Origin: Catajapyx aquilonaris
Taxonomy: Eukaryota
Length of the DNA: 64,000 nt
Assembly (NCBI GenBank): GCA_000934665.2
Contig: KZ538216.1
Span: forward strand, 1 to 64,000
Reading direction: 5' to 3'
Under the pieces are notes generated by a model that was not told the DNA's origin, did no database searches, and saw only the letters and a program-made list of their open reading frames with translations. Positions within the stretch are counted from its first letter, which is position 1; each line of letters begins with the position of its first letter. Positions 52,710-64,000 of this stretch are shown here, in pieces. The position numbers and the translations under genes were made by a program.

Positions 52710-54210
52710 AGTTTATACACCTACACGACTTACAAGTACTGAATGACACGCCATTTTGCACTTTGGTAGTACTGCGCCCTTGTTATATATTGAATACCGA
52801 GTTGGGCCCTTGCTTTGTTGGACAGATGACTGAAAATTAAACACCATAATACATGGACATCTTTGTGCCCATCCAGTTTGCCGCACTATAGTCGTGTCAA
52901 TTTTACGCTTCACAATTGAAACCCATCATCAGATATGGAATTAAGCACGGAGAAAAACTACTTTATAGCCGTGATTCAACTAGATTTAAAATGAAAAAGG
53001 TTTTCTTGTACCCCCACCATTTTTAATGCTGCATTCTATTAGGGCATTCAATTTGATCTTACGGGTAATTTGTCCCGAACACTATCAAAGGGAAGCACAT
53101 GGGGAAAGTTCCTATAACAATATGAGTTCCGTAAAGGGTCCAACCCCTCGGACCTAACCCCTAGAATATCCTCATGCTTTCTCCTCTGGTGTAAACTCTC
53201 GCGTTGATCGAAATCCTATACCAGTCCTTCACCCAACTGTGTGGCGCCTCATTTTCTCATTCAGGGTCAATACCCCTACCCCCTCACCCTACAGCTTTAG
53301 GCTTCAAAGCTGCATCCCAATGTATGGTTCTCAAAATGGTTGGCTATTAGCCTCAAAGGCTATGCATTTATACCAACCAACAAATTCGTTTCTTTCCGGT
53401 GCCCCTGTCACAACCTGCAATGTAGCTAGACCCCCCCCCCCCCTCACTTTCAGGTCACTTCCGGATCATTTTCAAGAGATGTGAATACACACATTATAAG
53501 CGGGCTGTATTTTTTGAGCTTTTATTTTGGAACATGGGGTGGTAGGGTTGGTAGCAAAAAACGGTATGTAGTACTTTCCGGTGTCAAAGAGCTCTTTCAT
53601 TATCGAATCTCGGTTTATGGCTGTGTCATCCATGATGCACAATGTGTACAACGACGTTTTTCCTGCCATATATTGTCGCAGGCAGTGTATGATATCATCA
53701 GTCAGTCGCCTGGACATTAATAGGTAATTTTGTACATTATACAAAAGTTAAGTCGCTCGTTATAGCATTGGGCTGTCAATTTGATAATGCGACCGTCATT
53801 GGTAATTTGATCTCCTCATTCATCCCTCCACGGCCGAATAATCCTCACCACGCACCGACGGTTCGCATGATGAGCTACAAGATGGCCGCTAATAGTCGCC
53901 AATTGTGTTACGCAACAAGCAAAAAGTCAATCTACGGGGAGGGGACATTTTTTTTGTTTGCTTGTTCGCGCTTCGGCGTACCATTTATCAGCAATTTATT
54001 ACGCAGGTGGCACATGCTGAAAGAGCGTAACAATGGGGTTTGTCACAATGCAGGTGAGAAGTACTGAAGGGCATAATGAGCTGGTTAGGAAATACATAAC
54101 TTTTGTTCCAGCACGACATATAGGGCCAACTGTTAACATGTCCTACCTGATGCATGTGGTGGGTGAAAATTTTTAAATAGGACATGTACTGCACAAATGT
54201 CAGCAAAAAT
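52710..54210 (-). mobile_element. Fragmented fossil LINE RT
   Basis: Collinear: WNKSYVFPNQL...DKPHCY (54200-53990); IIHCLRQYM...IMKELFDTGKYYIPFF (53740-53550; cf. LD.GK.V..IFLD); GWAQR...MVFN...YSIYNKGAVL...RVGV (52910-52715). Confidence 0.5.
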
Positions 54211-56103
54211 TTTCCACATTTTTCATGAAGAATTTATAATGCACAGTGAAGTACAAACCAACCACATCATTTTTGTGTAAAATGAACGTTGATTTAGTAA
54301 CCCTTTCATGGCGGCTCAATTTGGATAATTATAGTCAGGGCGTGCACTGCAGTCTAATCGTAATTTATTTTCTGGTATGTGTGAAGGTGACGAACGAATA
54401 TTTTTCACCAATAAAAAGCAACAAAAACATTTCGTCAGTAGATATTGTAATGCCATATATTTTCATTCGTGTTGTATTAGTATTTAGAATACAAAGGCTG
54501 CTGATTGGCTGCTATTAATTCCCAATACAATACAGCCCACCTTCGTCCACAAACTACCGTATTACCCAAGGACTTTTGCACTGAGAGGTCCATGACTGAA
54601 ACAAGCAGGAAGTGTATACGCTCCAGTGTCCCTATCCCTGAACAACTCCGCAAGAGCAAAATCCTTCCGACCCTTGCTTTTCCTCTCTGCCCTCTCCATG
54701 TCTGATCCGGCTTTATTACGTATACTTTGAGGACAGAAAGGACAAAAAAAAAAGCAAGTCAGGCCAAAAAAGCAGTGGTGAAGGAAGCAGGGTGGGTGGG
54801 AGGGACGGTCGGAAAGGAAATCTTGAATCGAGCCCGAAACAGCTGACTCGCTTTGCAAGGAAAGTGCTGCGTGTAGCGTTGGGGAGGCAAGGAATAGCCC
54901 CATCCAAAGAGAGTAGTGGATCAAGGCAGGAGGCAAAGCTCGGGGGAAGCGTTATTGGAAAGTGGCCTACCCAAAATGGGACACCGATGGGAGAGCCCAT
55001 TCAAGGAGGTTACACCAGGCGCAATAACACTGGGCGCATTCTAACCTCCCTCCTTCCCTCCCTCCCCGGACCTTACCCACCGATTCAACTACTGTAATAT
55101 GGGCTGGCCCCGAGGAGGCCCGGACAAATTCCAGCTAAATCCTTTCTCCTAAAGCCTAATACATACAGTATTACCAGAAGTGGAAGGAATGCGGGAGAGA
55201 GAGAGAAAAAAAAATCAGAAATGTGTGCAAGGGAATCAACTGGCGGTTTGACCACATGGATATGACGAATATTATGTATTCCTCAGGTGGCAATAGGCCA
55301 GGTAGTTTTTATTTATTAAGTAATGGATTTCTTCTACAGAGCCCTACACGATTATTTGTTGGATTAAGTAACCTCGTATCAGCATTTTATCCACATTCAT
55401 ACAGTTTTTTTATTATTTAAAAAAATCTGAATTATTATGCTACAGTACAGCTACAGCTAAATGAAACCTGAGATGCCACAGTTTCTTCATGAAATACGTG
55501 GAGTTGAAGTCTTTCAGGGATCAGATCCTAGCTCTCGCCCGTAAGCATGCAACACCATTATATCCCTCTTAAAAACCACACACACGTAGAGTGCTTTTTT
55601 AAAATTAATTTCCCCATAAGGCCATGTACAGTGCTTATTTGATTTTTTGTTATAAACAAGCACGGGCATGTGCAAGCGTCAAATCACAGACTTCACAGTA
55701 TGACAGTAATGAGACTGGTGGTTAAGCATTGTTAGATACTGTGCATGTTCCAGTACAAACATTTGATTGTTGCTAGTTCCAAAATTTTCTAATGCTGGTG
55801 CAATACTGGATCACTGTGTAGTCTACCAACTGAGGTACCAGGCCAGTTAAACAGATATGTTTTGTACTAGCTTGTAAGTTTTTTATTATTCAACCATTAT
55901 ATTTGAACAGTTACAGGAACTCAAAAAAAAATAATCCATTTTACACCAAAGAGAAGCGTTATTTGGAATTCAACTTACTTTAATTTATATTGAGTAGCTT
56001 TTTAAATGTTACGAATCAACAAGCAACAAAGTAACTATAATATTTCCCACGCACTGCCGCTTATTAGAAAAAATTGCTATATTCAGTATTAATTAACAAA
56101 TGG

Positions 56104-56432
56104 CAAGGGAGACGGAGTGGCGCCGCGGTAACGCTCGCGCCCACGGAAGTTAAGGTCCCGGGTTCGATCCCCACCCGGGGTTCCCACCTTCTTTCGTGCA
56201 GAGTTGGGCCATCTCTGGCTTCGTTTCGGGTGGCAATTTCCGATAGACTAAGCCACCCGGGGGAGTTCACAAAATGACCAATTAACGACAGCGCACATGC
56301 ACTTTGCACATCCCCTCCTAACGACCCGTGAAACACACTAAATACTTTCAGTATACTAGTTTCACCACAGATGGTGGTAGCCCACCCCCCTAAACGAGCC
56401 TCAGGCTCGAGCACGGGGTATCAATAAAAAAA
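56104..56432 (+). mobile_element. tRNA-derived SINE, third family, apparently full length
   Basis: A box tggcgccgcgg (56118-56128), B box ggttcgatccc (56161-56171), CpG-rich body, caataaaaaaaa tail, and a perfect 13-bp TSD aattaacaaatgg at 56091-56103 and 56433-56445. Confidence 0.9.
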
Positions 56433-58339
56433 AATTAACAAATGGTGCAGTAGATGAGGGCCATTCTTGGACTTCTAATTTTTCTAAAACTCTGCCAGAC
56501 TTAATGCATGTGGAGAGCCAAACAAAGAAAAAAATTGGTGACTCCAAACACTGCACTAATAATAATTAATCAGCTGACACTAAATAATAACTGAAAAGTG
56601 GCTGCATTGACCACACCAATACAGACTCGGGCAATCATATAGTGCACAGGCAGTTACAAACTGAGCCTTGCATTTCATGACGTGAGAACATTAAAATTAT
56701 ATGAAACAAATTTTTATGGTAACTTATGTACAATCCTTCCTATGTGATCATCTTCCAGAAAGTTTTGAGATTTCTTTGCATTCATTTTTGCAACAAATTT
56801 TATACATACTAATGTACTATTACTTTACTTTTACTATTGCTATTGATGTTGTATAAAGCATTGTTGTGCTAGAGTTGTGTTCTCACTCACACACTTGGTC
56901 ATGTCATTATCTTGACTTATAATAATTATGCCATTAGATCCAGGATATAGGAATATGCCACATTCCATACTGTTGGAAAAGAAACGTCATGCATTCAGTA
57001 TATGGCTGATGCTAACAACAAGGTTTTAAAGGTGCAATTATATTAGTGGACAGAGTCTGAAGGCAAGAGAGCAGGCACATTTGAACTGTGTTGCTCTTTA
57101 ATTGCACTTAAGATCTTACTGCAGGGACAGTGTTATAATGGAAACATAAGACAGCATAACACTTGGTACTCATTAGGGTTATGCTATTCCTAAACTGATC
57201 CTGTTCAGAATCATCTCTCCCCTAACCTGTTAATCTCACTACCTAAAACATAATAGGGGAGCACTGACTGGTCAATGGGAGCTTTAGATATGGAAGAAAA
57301 TCTCCAGATTTCATCATAGCATAATGAAGGGGTTTAATAGATCAGATTTATATCTCTTTGTAGCGCTCAGTCAATGAAATTTCAATAATGTGAAATGTCT
57401 CTAACATGTTTGAGATTTGTGTATCTGTATGCTGAAACTTTCACACAGTTTTAGAAGTGATTGTAAATGAAACTTGTGTATCTCTCTTGTTAAATGCTTT
57501 CTCATTTGGACATGCCAAATGTTGAAGATAATTGGACACCTAAGTTTCTCTTCTCCTTCAAGCCACTCTTCATACACAATGTGGCAACATGGGTTTTTAC
57601 AATGGAAAAAATGGGGACACATCAATTTAATTTAGGTTAATGCTTAACAAACTATAAGTGACTAAAAATTTTGACAGCATGTACCATTGCCATTAAAATT
57701 TAATACATTAATCCTCAAAGTTTCTCTACTGACTTGTAGGTACTTTAAATACAATGATATTTGAAGCCCAGACTTTCACAATTCAGAGTGCACACAAGAA
57801 ATTATATTCACTATTTCATCCAATACTGTCACAAGCAACTTCTTGCACTACAAATGATCGAGGTACATTGCAAAAACAATCATCCAAATAAAATGCCAAA
57901 TTATTCTTCAAATGTAATGCCTAATTAAATATTTTTAAAGATATACTGTAACATAATTTCATGCCTGTACAAAAAAAATGGCAATTATCATGTAAAGACC
58001 TGCATTTGTACAAAAACCGATTATGATCCTATCTACTCTGGTATAAAATAACCTTACTGAATTCGTGAGTCACAAAAATTGATTGCCATCCCCAACAGCT
58101 CATCCCCCCCCCCCCTACCCCCTCCCAGAGAGAGATCAATCCTCCCAACTCTTTATTTTACCACTATAGTACTGGTGATATCCAGCCATATACTAACTCT
58201 TGCATATATTATCGCATGAATATAGTAACAGAAACAAACTTGCTACATACACCATCGTACAAAAACTTTAATTCCTTTTCTTTAAAATAATATATTATCA
58301 TGATAGGTATACCCCCCAATTATCATCAGCTTGTGTTCC

Positions 58340-58448
58340 TCATTCAGGTAGGGCCTCATTCAGCAGGGCCTCATTCCGCAGGGCCTGCACTGCTGCGAGA
58401 AGAGTATATTGCTCTTCGCAAGGCTCTTCGTCACCAAAAAAATCCCTC
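58340..58448 (-). CDS. Exon 2 of the putative Myb/SANT-like gene
   Basis: Strong acceptor tcttctctcatttcttcag|G at 58448, phase-compatible with exon 1; reads RDFFGDEEPCEEQYTLLAAVQALRNEALLNEALPE* (TGA 58342-58340). AATAAA on the minus strand at 58157-58152. Confidence 0.55.
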
Positions 58449-58669
58449 CTGAAGAAATGAGAGAAGACATCATTCAATCAAAACATGTCGTTTAGTACTA
58501 CCAATTTTTCTTGAATTGCAGAACAATTATGGCGTTAAAAAAAGCCTCTCAGGTTAGGTTTATAAAGTGGTGCACTGCCCAAGTTAAGTGGAGGGGGATG
58601 GTCAGCCATATGGACCAACCCTCGCTTTAATTCTAGCCTTGCTGTTACATTATGTAAAGTGACAGTTAC

Positions 58670-58917
58670 TTATTCGAAATACATTGTGTATACCTGTCAT
58701 ACATGCACATCAAGACGATTGTTTTCATATGGCAGTCAATCCCGGTGAAGTTCTTCTGCATGGCCGCCGAAAAGACCTCTGCTAGATATGCCCATGATTC
58801 AACCCCACCCACGAAGGGGTTCAGCGCAAGGACGTGCCGTAGCAGCCAACGCTCTTCATGCCTCCATTCCTCTTCCTCTTCTTGGGTGGGGTACCGGTGA
58901 TGCTCTCCGAAGACCAT
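58670..58917 (-). CDS. Exon 1 of a small Myb/SANT-like (trihelix-type) DNA-binding protein gene, PIF/Harbinger accessory-gene-like
   Basis: caaacATGG start at 58917; reads MVFGEHHRYPTQEEEEEWRHEERWLLRHVLALNPFVGGVESWAYLAEVFSAAMQKNFTGIDCHMKTIVLMCMYDRYTQCISN(K), with W..EE..LL..V...NPF...W..LA...C..K...L spacing like SANT/Myb helices. Phase-2 donor AA|gtaact after 58670; an alternative phase-2 donor AG|gtatac follows 58694. Confidence 0.6.
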
Positions 58918-59880
58918 GTTTGACGAGAAATTTGTGAAAGATGTCTAACCAGAAACCAGCCTTGCTCAGGTCACAGGAGCGAGCAGATTAATTCTTGTGT
59001 AACGCATGCGCATTCAGGAGGACGCAACGAGCTCAGATAGCAGGCGGCAACTAGAGAAGGGGGACAACCGGCCTCCATCTTTGATCCAGATTGTGACAAC
59101 CAATTGAAGGAAGTGGCGGAAATTTGAAAACAGCACATGTACAATTAAATCAAAAATTACTTAGCACTTATGCACTTGTTGTTCTGAGCCTCACTGTACT
59201 AGGTACAGTATGCCACACGGAGCATCGCACGAGCACCAAACTCGGGTGGTAGGTGCACTTGGGTAATCCAAAACTATAGAGCATGTCACGAAGCCAATAT
59301 CAGTGACGAGTAAGGAACGGGAGCCGTGTCTACGACCTGACCTAACCTAACCTAAAATTACAGTCACCACAAAACCTGAATAAAGTGTAACAAAGAAGCG
59401 TCTGTGTGTGGGGAGGGGGAAAGGTTGCATGTGTTTAACGCTAACCTGTAACAAGAGCAGCGAGATGGTTGTTGTTGTTATTGTTGATGGTGACAATGAC
59501 TTGGCACTCTAGTCAGCGTCTCAAAATCGATGTAAAAAGTAGCAAAATTTTTGAGCTACTTCTTTGGTCACAAAGCATTGCTGGAGCCAGGGCTTACCTG
59601 AGGTCATTGAGGTCAACACTATCATGTGACAAAATTATTGTACAATAACATGATTAAAAATTGCAGACGTCATATAGTGAAATAAAATCCCCAAAATGGA
59701 TCACTAGTATCCTGCAAGAAAATAAACCTAAGCTGTATGGGAAATTGATAACATTATTAAGACTATTTTGACGTAAGTTGTGGACTGTTCCAATACACTT
59801 AGTCATATACGTTTTCAACACCATGAATTTCGCAGGTGCCTAAGAAATTATTAGCAATGATTTGCTAGTCAGCTCTATAA

Positions 59881-60080
59881 TACAGGGTCATCGAAAAAGA
59901 ATGTCCATTTTAAAAACCCTATAACTCGAAAACTTGCATATAGTACATATCTCAATGATTTAAGTTTCGAAATGCTAGGAAATGTCTGAAGTTTGGGTCG
60001 TACCATAGGGAGTGCTGACGGTATATCATGCCTAAACAGACAGTGCGCACTCTAATCCGATATAATTTCTTGCTGTTTCC
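59881..60080 (+). mobile_element. One end of a Tc1/mariner-like DNA transposon adjacent to an assembly gap
   Basis: TA|cagggtcatcgaaaaagaatgtccattttaaaaaccctataactcgaaaac resembles mariner-type termini; no partner end found; N-run at 60081-60091. Confidence 0.5.
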
Positions 60081-60091
60081 NNNNNNNNNNN
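60081..60091. other. Assembly gap (11 N); single Ns also at 22428 and 37344
   Basis: N characters in or near poly-C/poly-G runs. Confidence 0.99.
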
Positions 60092-62279
60092 CCCCCCCCC
60101 CCCCCCATTTTTGTCATTGCGAGAAAAATTGATATAAACGTCCAAAGGTGTCAAAATAAACATATGTTATAATATCCCGATATGCAGTGAGAAAAAACGA
60201 ACCAAATGGATCCTGAATGGTCGAAAAATATCTGGAAAACTGTGATAAATACCGGAAGGACGAATCTGTTCACAAGAGTATCGGGGTTCTTTTCATCAGC
60301 GAGGGCCCCGCACAAGTGAAATCATTCCGCCATGTCGATCAATTGCAAGCTCTCCACGCTCGGAATGCTAAATTTCAAAAGCACTTTCCGTTCCCGTCGT
60401 TTCAGCTCCAATTAAAACGCCATCAGGAAACACCTGCAAAGAGAAACTTTGCGTATTTCCATCTACGGAACGCGGGCGTTACTCTGCATTGTCTCTAATC
60501 CCTCTCGGAAGGCCAATTATGCCCGGCTTTATTCCAACAACCTTTCTCCAAACCACATTTGATTACTAGCCTTCCGGGAGCTGCTTATGGAGTCATTCGC
60601 GTCGGCCCAGAGAATTTGAACTAGTGCGGCATACCGGCTGCCTGTGGATGATGCCCTCATTCGGACTCACTTGATACCGTACGCGCATGTATCTTCTAAG
60701 AATTTGCTAAAAGTAGAGTGGTAAGTGGGAGGTGGTCCTATCTGGACCTCCTCCTATCTGGTCTGGAACCCAACTAGAGAGGAAGAGGAGAGAGGACAAA
60801 GTCAAAGAAGAGAGAGGGAGAGAGGGGGAAAAAAAGTCTCCTTTTGGAAAGTTTACAAATTTCACAAGTTCTACTTCAGCAGATATCAAATTTTCCTTGA
60901 CAGCAGTTGCCAACAAAAGTTTTCCACTTTTTTGGCATCGCGACATTAAATCGCACAGTCATCCAGAAAATCTTGTTAGCGCATTCGGAAATCGTGACAA
61001 AACGGTGTCATTTAGAGATTAATGGTATCAACCTTCCTCAGTCCTTCAGCTGAATTGGGCTGAAGTCGCAGCTCTGGATTTTCTTCACCATGGTTGGACG
61101 TTTCACTTAGGCCATATTATGGTATTATTAGAGTACTATACAGTAGTAGACAAGAGTGGAATAAAGTAACAACTACCTTCTGTTTAAGGCTGCAGCAACC
61201 CAGGATGAGTTTCCCAAACCTCCTCTGGTTAGTGTGGTACGCGTATCACAGTTTGAAAACCACTAACATAATGCCAAGACTGAACGATATTCCTTACGTG
61301 CACAGTCCGATATAAATCGATGAGTTGCGAACGACATCAGGCGGACCATTGTAGAAGTACACACTTGGTACCCAACACCTCCACCGGAAAGGGCAGCACC
61401 CTCGCTTCCGTTTGACCGTTAACGGCATGGAAAGTTGGCGCCATCACTCAGGCGCACTACTGGCATCGCTATCATCCTGATTTATTGATGCAATTTCTTT
61501 TGAAGTACCGCCATTTCGAATGCATACCGTGTTTGCTTACCGTGCTGAGCACTTCGTTACATGACGAAATGTTATGCAAATCAGGAGTGTAATAGAGATG
61601 ATGGATTTTATTTATCGGTCCATTGGTTTAATTAATTCATTCAGTAGGCTAATAACCTGCTCTTAAGTAAAAGGCTTTAGGCGGAGCCACCTTTAAGACA
61701 CTGAAGGGAAAGTGTGTTCGCTGAAGCTGATCCGAGCTCAAATAGAGTAAGCGTACGGTCTCACATCAAGGCATGTAACAGTGTACAGGGTGTAACAAAA
61801 GTCTATGCAAATCCGAACCTATCCTCTAGTTAATCATCAAACAGAACAACAAGACTGCTAGACTGGTCAACCTCCTCAACACCAGTGCTTCGACCATGTG
61901 ACAGCAATTCTGACACTACAACCTACCAGAATTAAAAAAATTCTGAAGGAACTTGCGTCACACTCTGCGTAAGGGCAGGGTAAAGGGTTGATTTGGAATT
62001 CCTTCTACGGCCCAGGACTTTCGAACCAAAAAAAGTACGTACGAGGCACTTGTACCGTAGTGTGATTGGAGAATTGGGCCTTAGAAATCCCGAGGGTGAT
62101 TGGAGAGGCGTGGGTGTGTGGGTGGTAGGTGAGTGGGGGGATGGAGAATGACCAGAAAAAACTTTGAAGGATGCGGTCAAGTCTACCGCTGGCGGATCTG
62201 CAGGAACCCTCTCAGCAAACATCTAATGAAATAACCCAATTTGTTGCCCATGTTTCACTGTGACGTTTGCTGATGAACT

Positions 62280-64000
62280 CTTCAGCAGTGTCACTGGAAA
62301 AGTGTGGTGACTACAAGACCTCAGTGGCACCATATATTAAGTCGTTTTCTTCTCTATTAAAATGGCGTTCCTGATAGTTTTTAGCAACTGGTACCCTAGT
62401 TGTATAATGAGAGTGACTTGATTATTTTGCATAACGATAAAGAGTACGTGAACGATGCAGTGACTAACCTCACTAATGCGAAGCTTGATGGATGAAAAAT
62501 GTCCGAGAACCAACGTAATTTTTTTTACCCTACCAACATCGCTATAATACTGTATACGTGTCTGGTGCCAACGCTAGCTGCAGCGGATGTTTTATCAGCC
62601 AGAGATTTCGTGTTCGGAGGTCTAATACTGGAGCTATTACGGGAGAAGCACGAGTCTCAGCTGATATTGCAATGTTCTGGTCAATTCCAGTTGCCCCTAC
62701 CGAAATAAATGTTCTGCGGATGTGATGAAGCTGCAATAACCTGACCCAGTGTGTCAAGAGGAAGGGAAAAAAAGAAGGAAAAGTAAAGAAGTGGAAAATC
62801 ATACGAGTCTGAAAACCAGGATTACAAACCTCGTGGCGATGACACTTTTGTGGTGCTCTGCACAACAGAGAAAATTAAATGCTGCAGTATTTTATTGCGT
62901 ATGATGTTTGTGCACACAAATAATATTAAGCACTGTCATAAATTGCATGATGTAATAGGTATGAAGCATTTATCCAGCTCTCGAAAAATACAGGTTAATA
63001 TAAGCTGCAGTACCTTCAAACTTGCATCAATCGCATTTGCAGGTTATGCTGTCACGCAAAAGCAAATATTAACCACTTGAACTGTGACGTGGGCATTCTA
63101 TTAGCACTCTCTACTCGCTAAAATTTCGACGTGGCTGTAAATAAGTTTCGTTATCTCGTACACTCTACGGCTATCTAAAGCTGTCCTGTTCCTTCAGTCG
63201 CATGCAAGCAGACATCTTCACATGTCATAACGTCGCAAGGTTAGCACCTAATCGCTCCAATATCAAGATCACAAGTTAGCTATTAACTACCATTATAACC
63301 TGCCTTCCGAATCGATCAGCTGGCTCTACAAGTATATTAGAGGTCCTGACTCTATCCGTATGTTGCTGGTCTATCGAGCAATGCAATTTGGCCACCAAAG
63401 TGCCAACTTTTCCTAGTAAACCTAAATATTCATTTCTCATTCTTGTCCACTTGCGTGTCCGCTATCGCAGGATACATCTCTGTATATGTTTCTACCTGCA
63501 AAATGCGCCATCATCGCTGATATACTGTCCAGACTTGATCGATCTCCATACTGTAATGGATTAAACCCATTTATTCTCGCATGACAGTCAACATTCAGCA
63601 CAAACGACTTCAGAGTCCGAGAAACGCGACTCATAATCTTTCCCTCCTTGCCTTCAGAAAATAGAAGTACTCCTGTCGGTATGCTATTCGGCTACCACAA
63701 CGTGGCATATAATTATGCTGTATATAACGCAATTTTGGTACCCCTAATGGTGGGATGCCATCCCGTCAAAAAAGAAACACAGTTGGTTTTTGCTTAGCAC
63801 AAAAGCCATGTGCCGACATCGCGATTAGCCATTCCAGCATTAGCAAGAGGACACTTAGTCACTCTTGGCATCAGGAATCATGATAGAGACCTGCATTCAA
63901 GGTTAATAACAGCAGGGATGTCACATCGCAAACTATACACTCGGAATGGCATGACAGCCATCGCAAAAAGTGTGATAGCTCACCACACGAGTCACTTCAA
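62280..64000 (+). mobile_element. Decayed DIRS/Ngaro-like tyrosine-recombinase retrotransposon (RT, RNase H, YR N-terminus), truncated by the window end
   Basis: Collinear plus-strand remnants: EKCG...VAPYIKSFSSLLKWRS**FLATG (~62300-62390; cf. KCG.GA.MAK.DIKSAFRLLPV.P.D..LLG), ADVLSARDFVFGG (~62583-62621; cf. V.HYLDDFLF.G), LFLQSHAS (~63190-63209; cf. LFTDAS), PAKCAIIADILSRL (63495-63536; cf. PG..N..AD.LSRL), then AYNYA...PVKKETQLVFA*HKS...HLVTLGIRN...RLITAGMS (63705-64000), resembling the YR SAM-like N-terminal domain. Multiple stops and frameshifts. Confidence 0.65.

Noticed and set aside
250..54210. Strict sense-strand bias of LINE fossils relative to Sidestep
   Set aside because: Many fragments are on the minus strand, but plus-strand ones also occur (~8500, ~22900, ~32000, ~35850, ~41800); by-eye counts are too small and biased.
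59336..59355. Telomeric (TTAGG)n tract
   Set aside because: Only three perfect units; such cctaa runs are common inside insect repeats.
59598..59625. Candidate first Sidestep coding exon (MIVLTSMTS, phase-1 donor CAG|gtaagc)
   Set aside because: Good donor and compatible phase, but too short and not hydrophobic enough for a signal peptide; unsupported without transcripts.
1..64000. Most of the 60-190-aa ORFs in the six-frame track (e.g. 10166-10735, 3478-3969, 4610-5056, 49924-50382)
   Set aside because: No recognisable domains, low-complexity composition, often non-ATG starts and overlapping on both strands; expected by chance in intronic DNA.
63820..64000. SGNH hydrolase-like reading of the terminal frame
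   Set aside because: Better explained as the YR N-terminal domain, given its position right after the RNase H ADxLSRL motif.

Overview
Eukaryotic, intron-dominated DNA from a large-genome arthropod, most likely an insect; there are no operons, rRNA/tRNA genes or CRISPR arrays. The backbone is a minus-strand Sidestep-family immunoglobulin cell-adhesion gene. Only two of its exons were found (39315-39174 and 30946-30738); they splice in frame to give the complete N-terminal V-set Ig domain, and the first is missing from the ORF track. The rest of the window is probably very large introns or flank, densely filled with transposon debris: tRNA-derived SINEs with target-site duplications, several MITE-like inverted-repeat elements including a near-perfect 127-nt hairpin, about ten decayed LINE endonuclease/RT fragments, and a decayed DIRS/Ngaro-like tyrosine-recombinase retrotransposon running off the right edge. 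The most interesting candidate is an intact-looking two-exon ~118-aa Myb/SANT-like gene (58917-58340, minus strand) of the kind carried by PIF/Harbinger transposons, with no transposase partner visible; a second, decayed Myb/SANT-like exon lies at 29875-29619. All protein-family calls are by-eye motif recognition, not database results. I cannot establish a genuinely new biological system from sequence alone.
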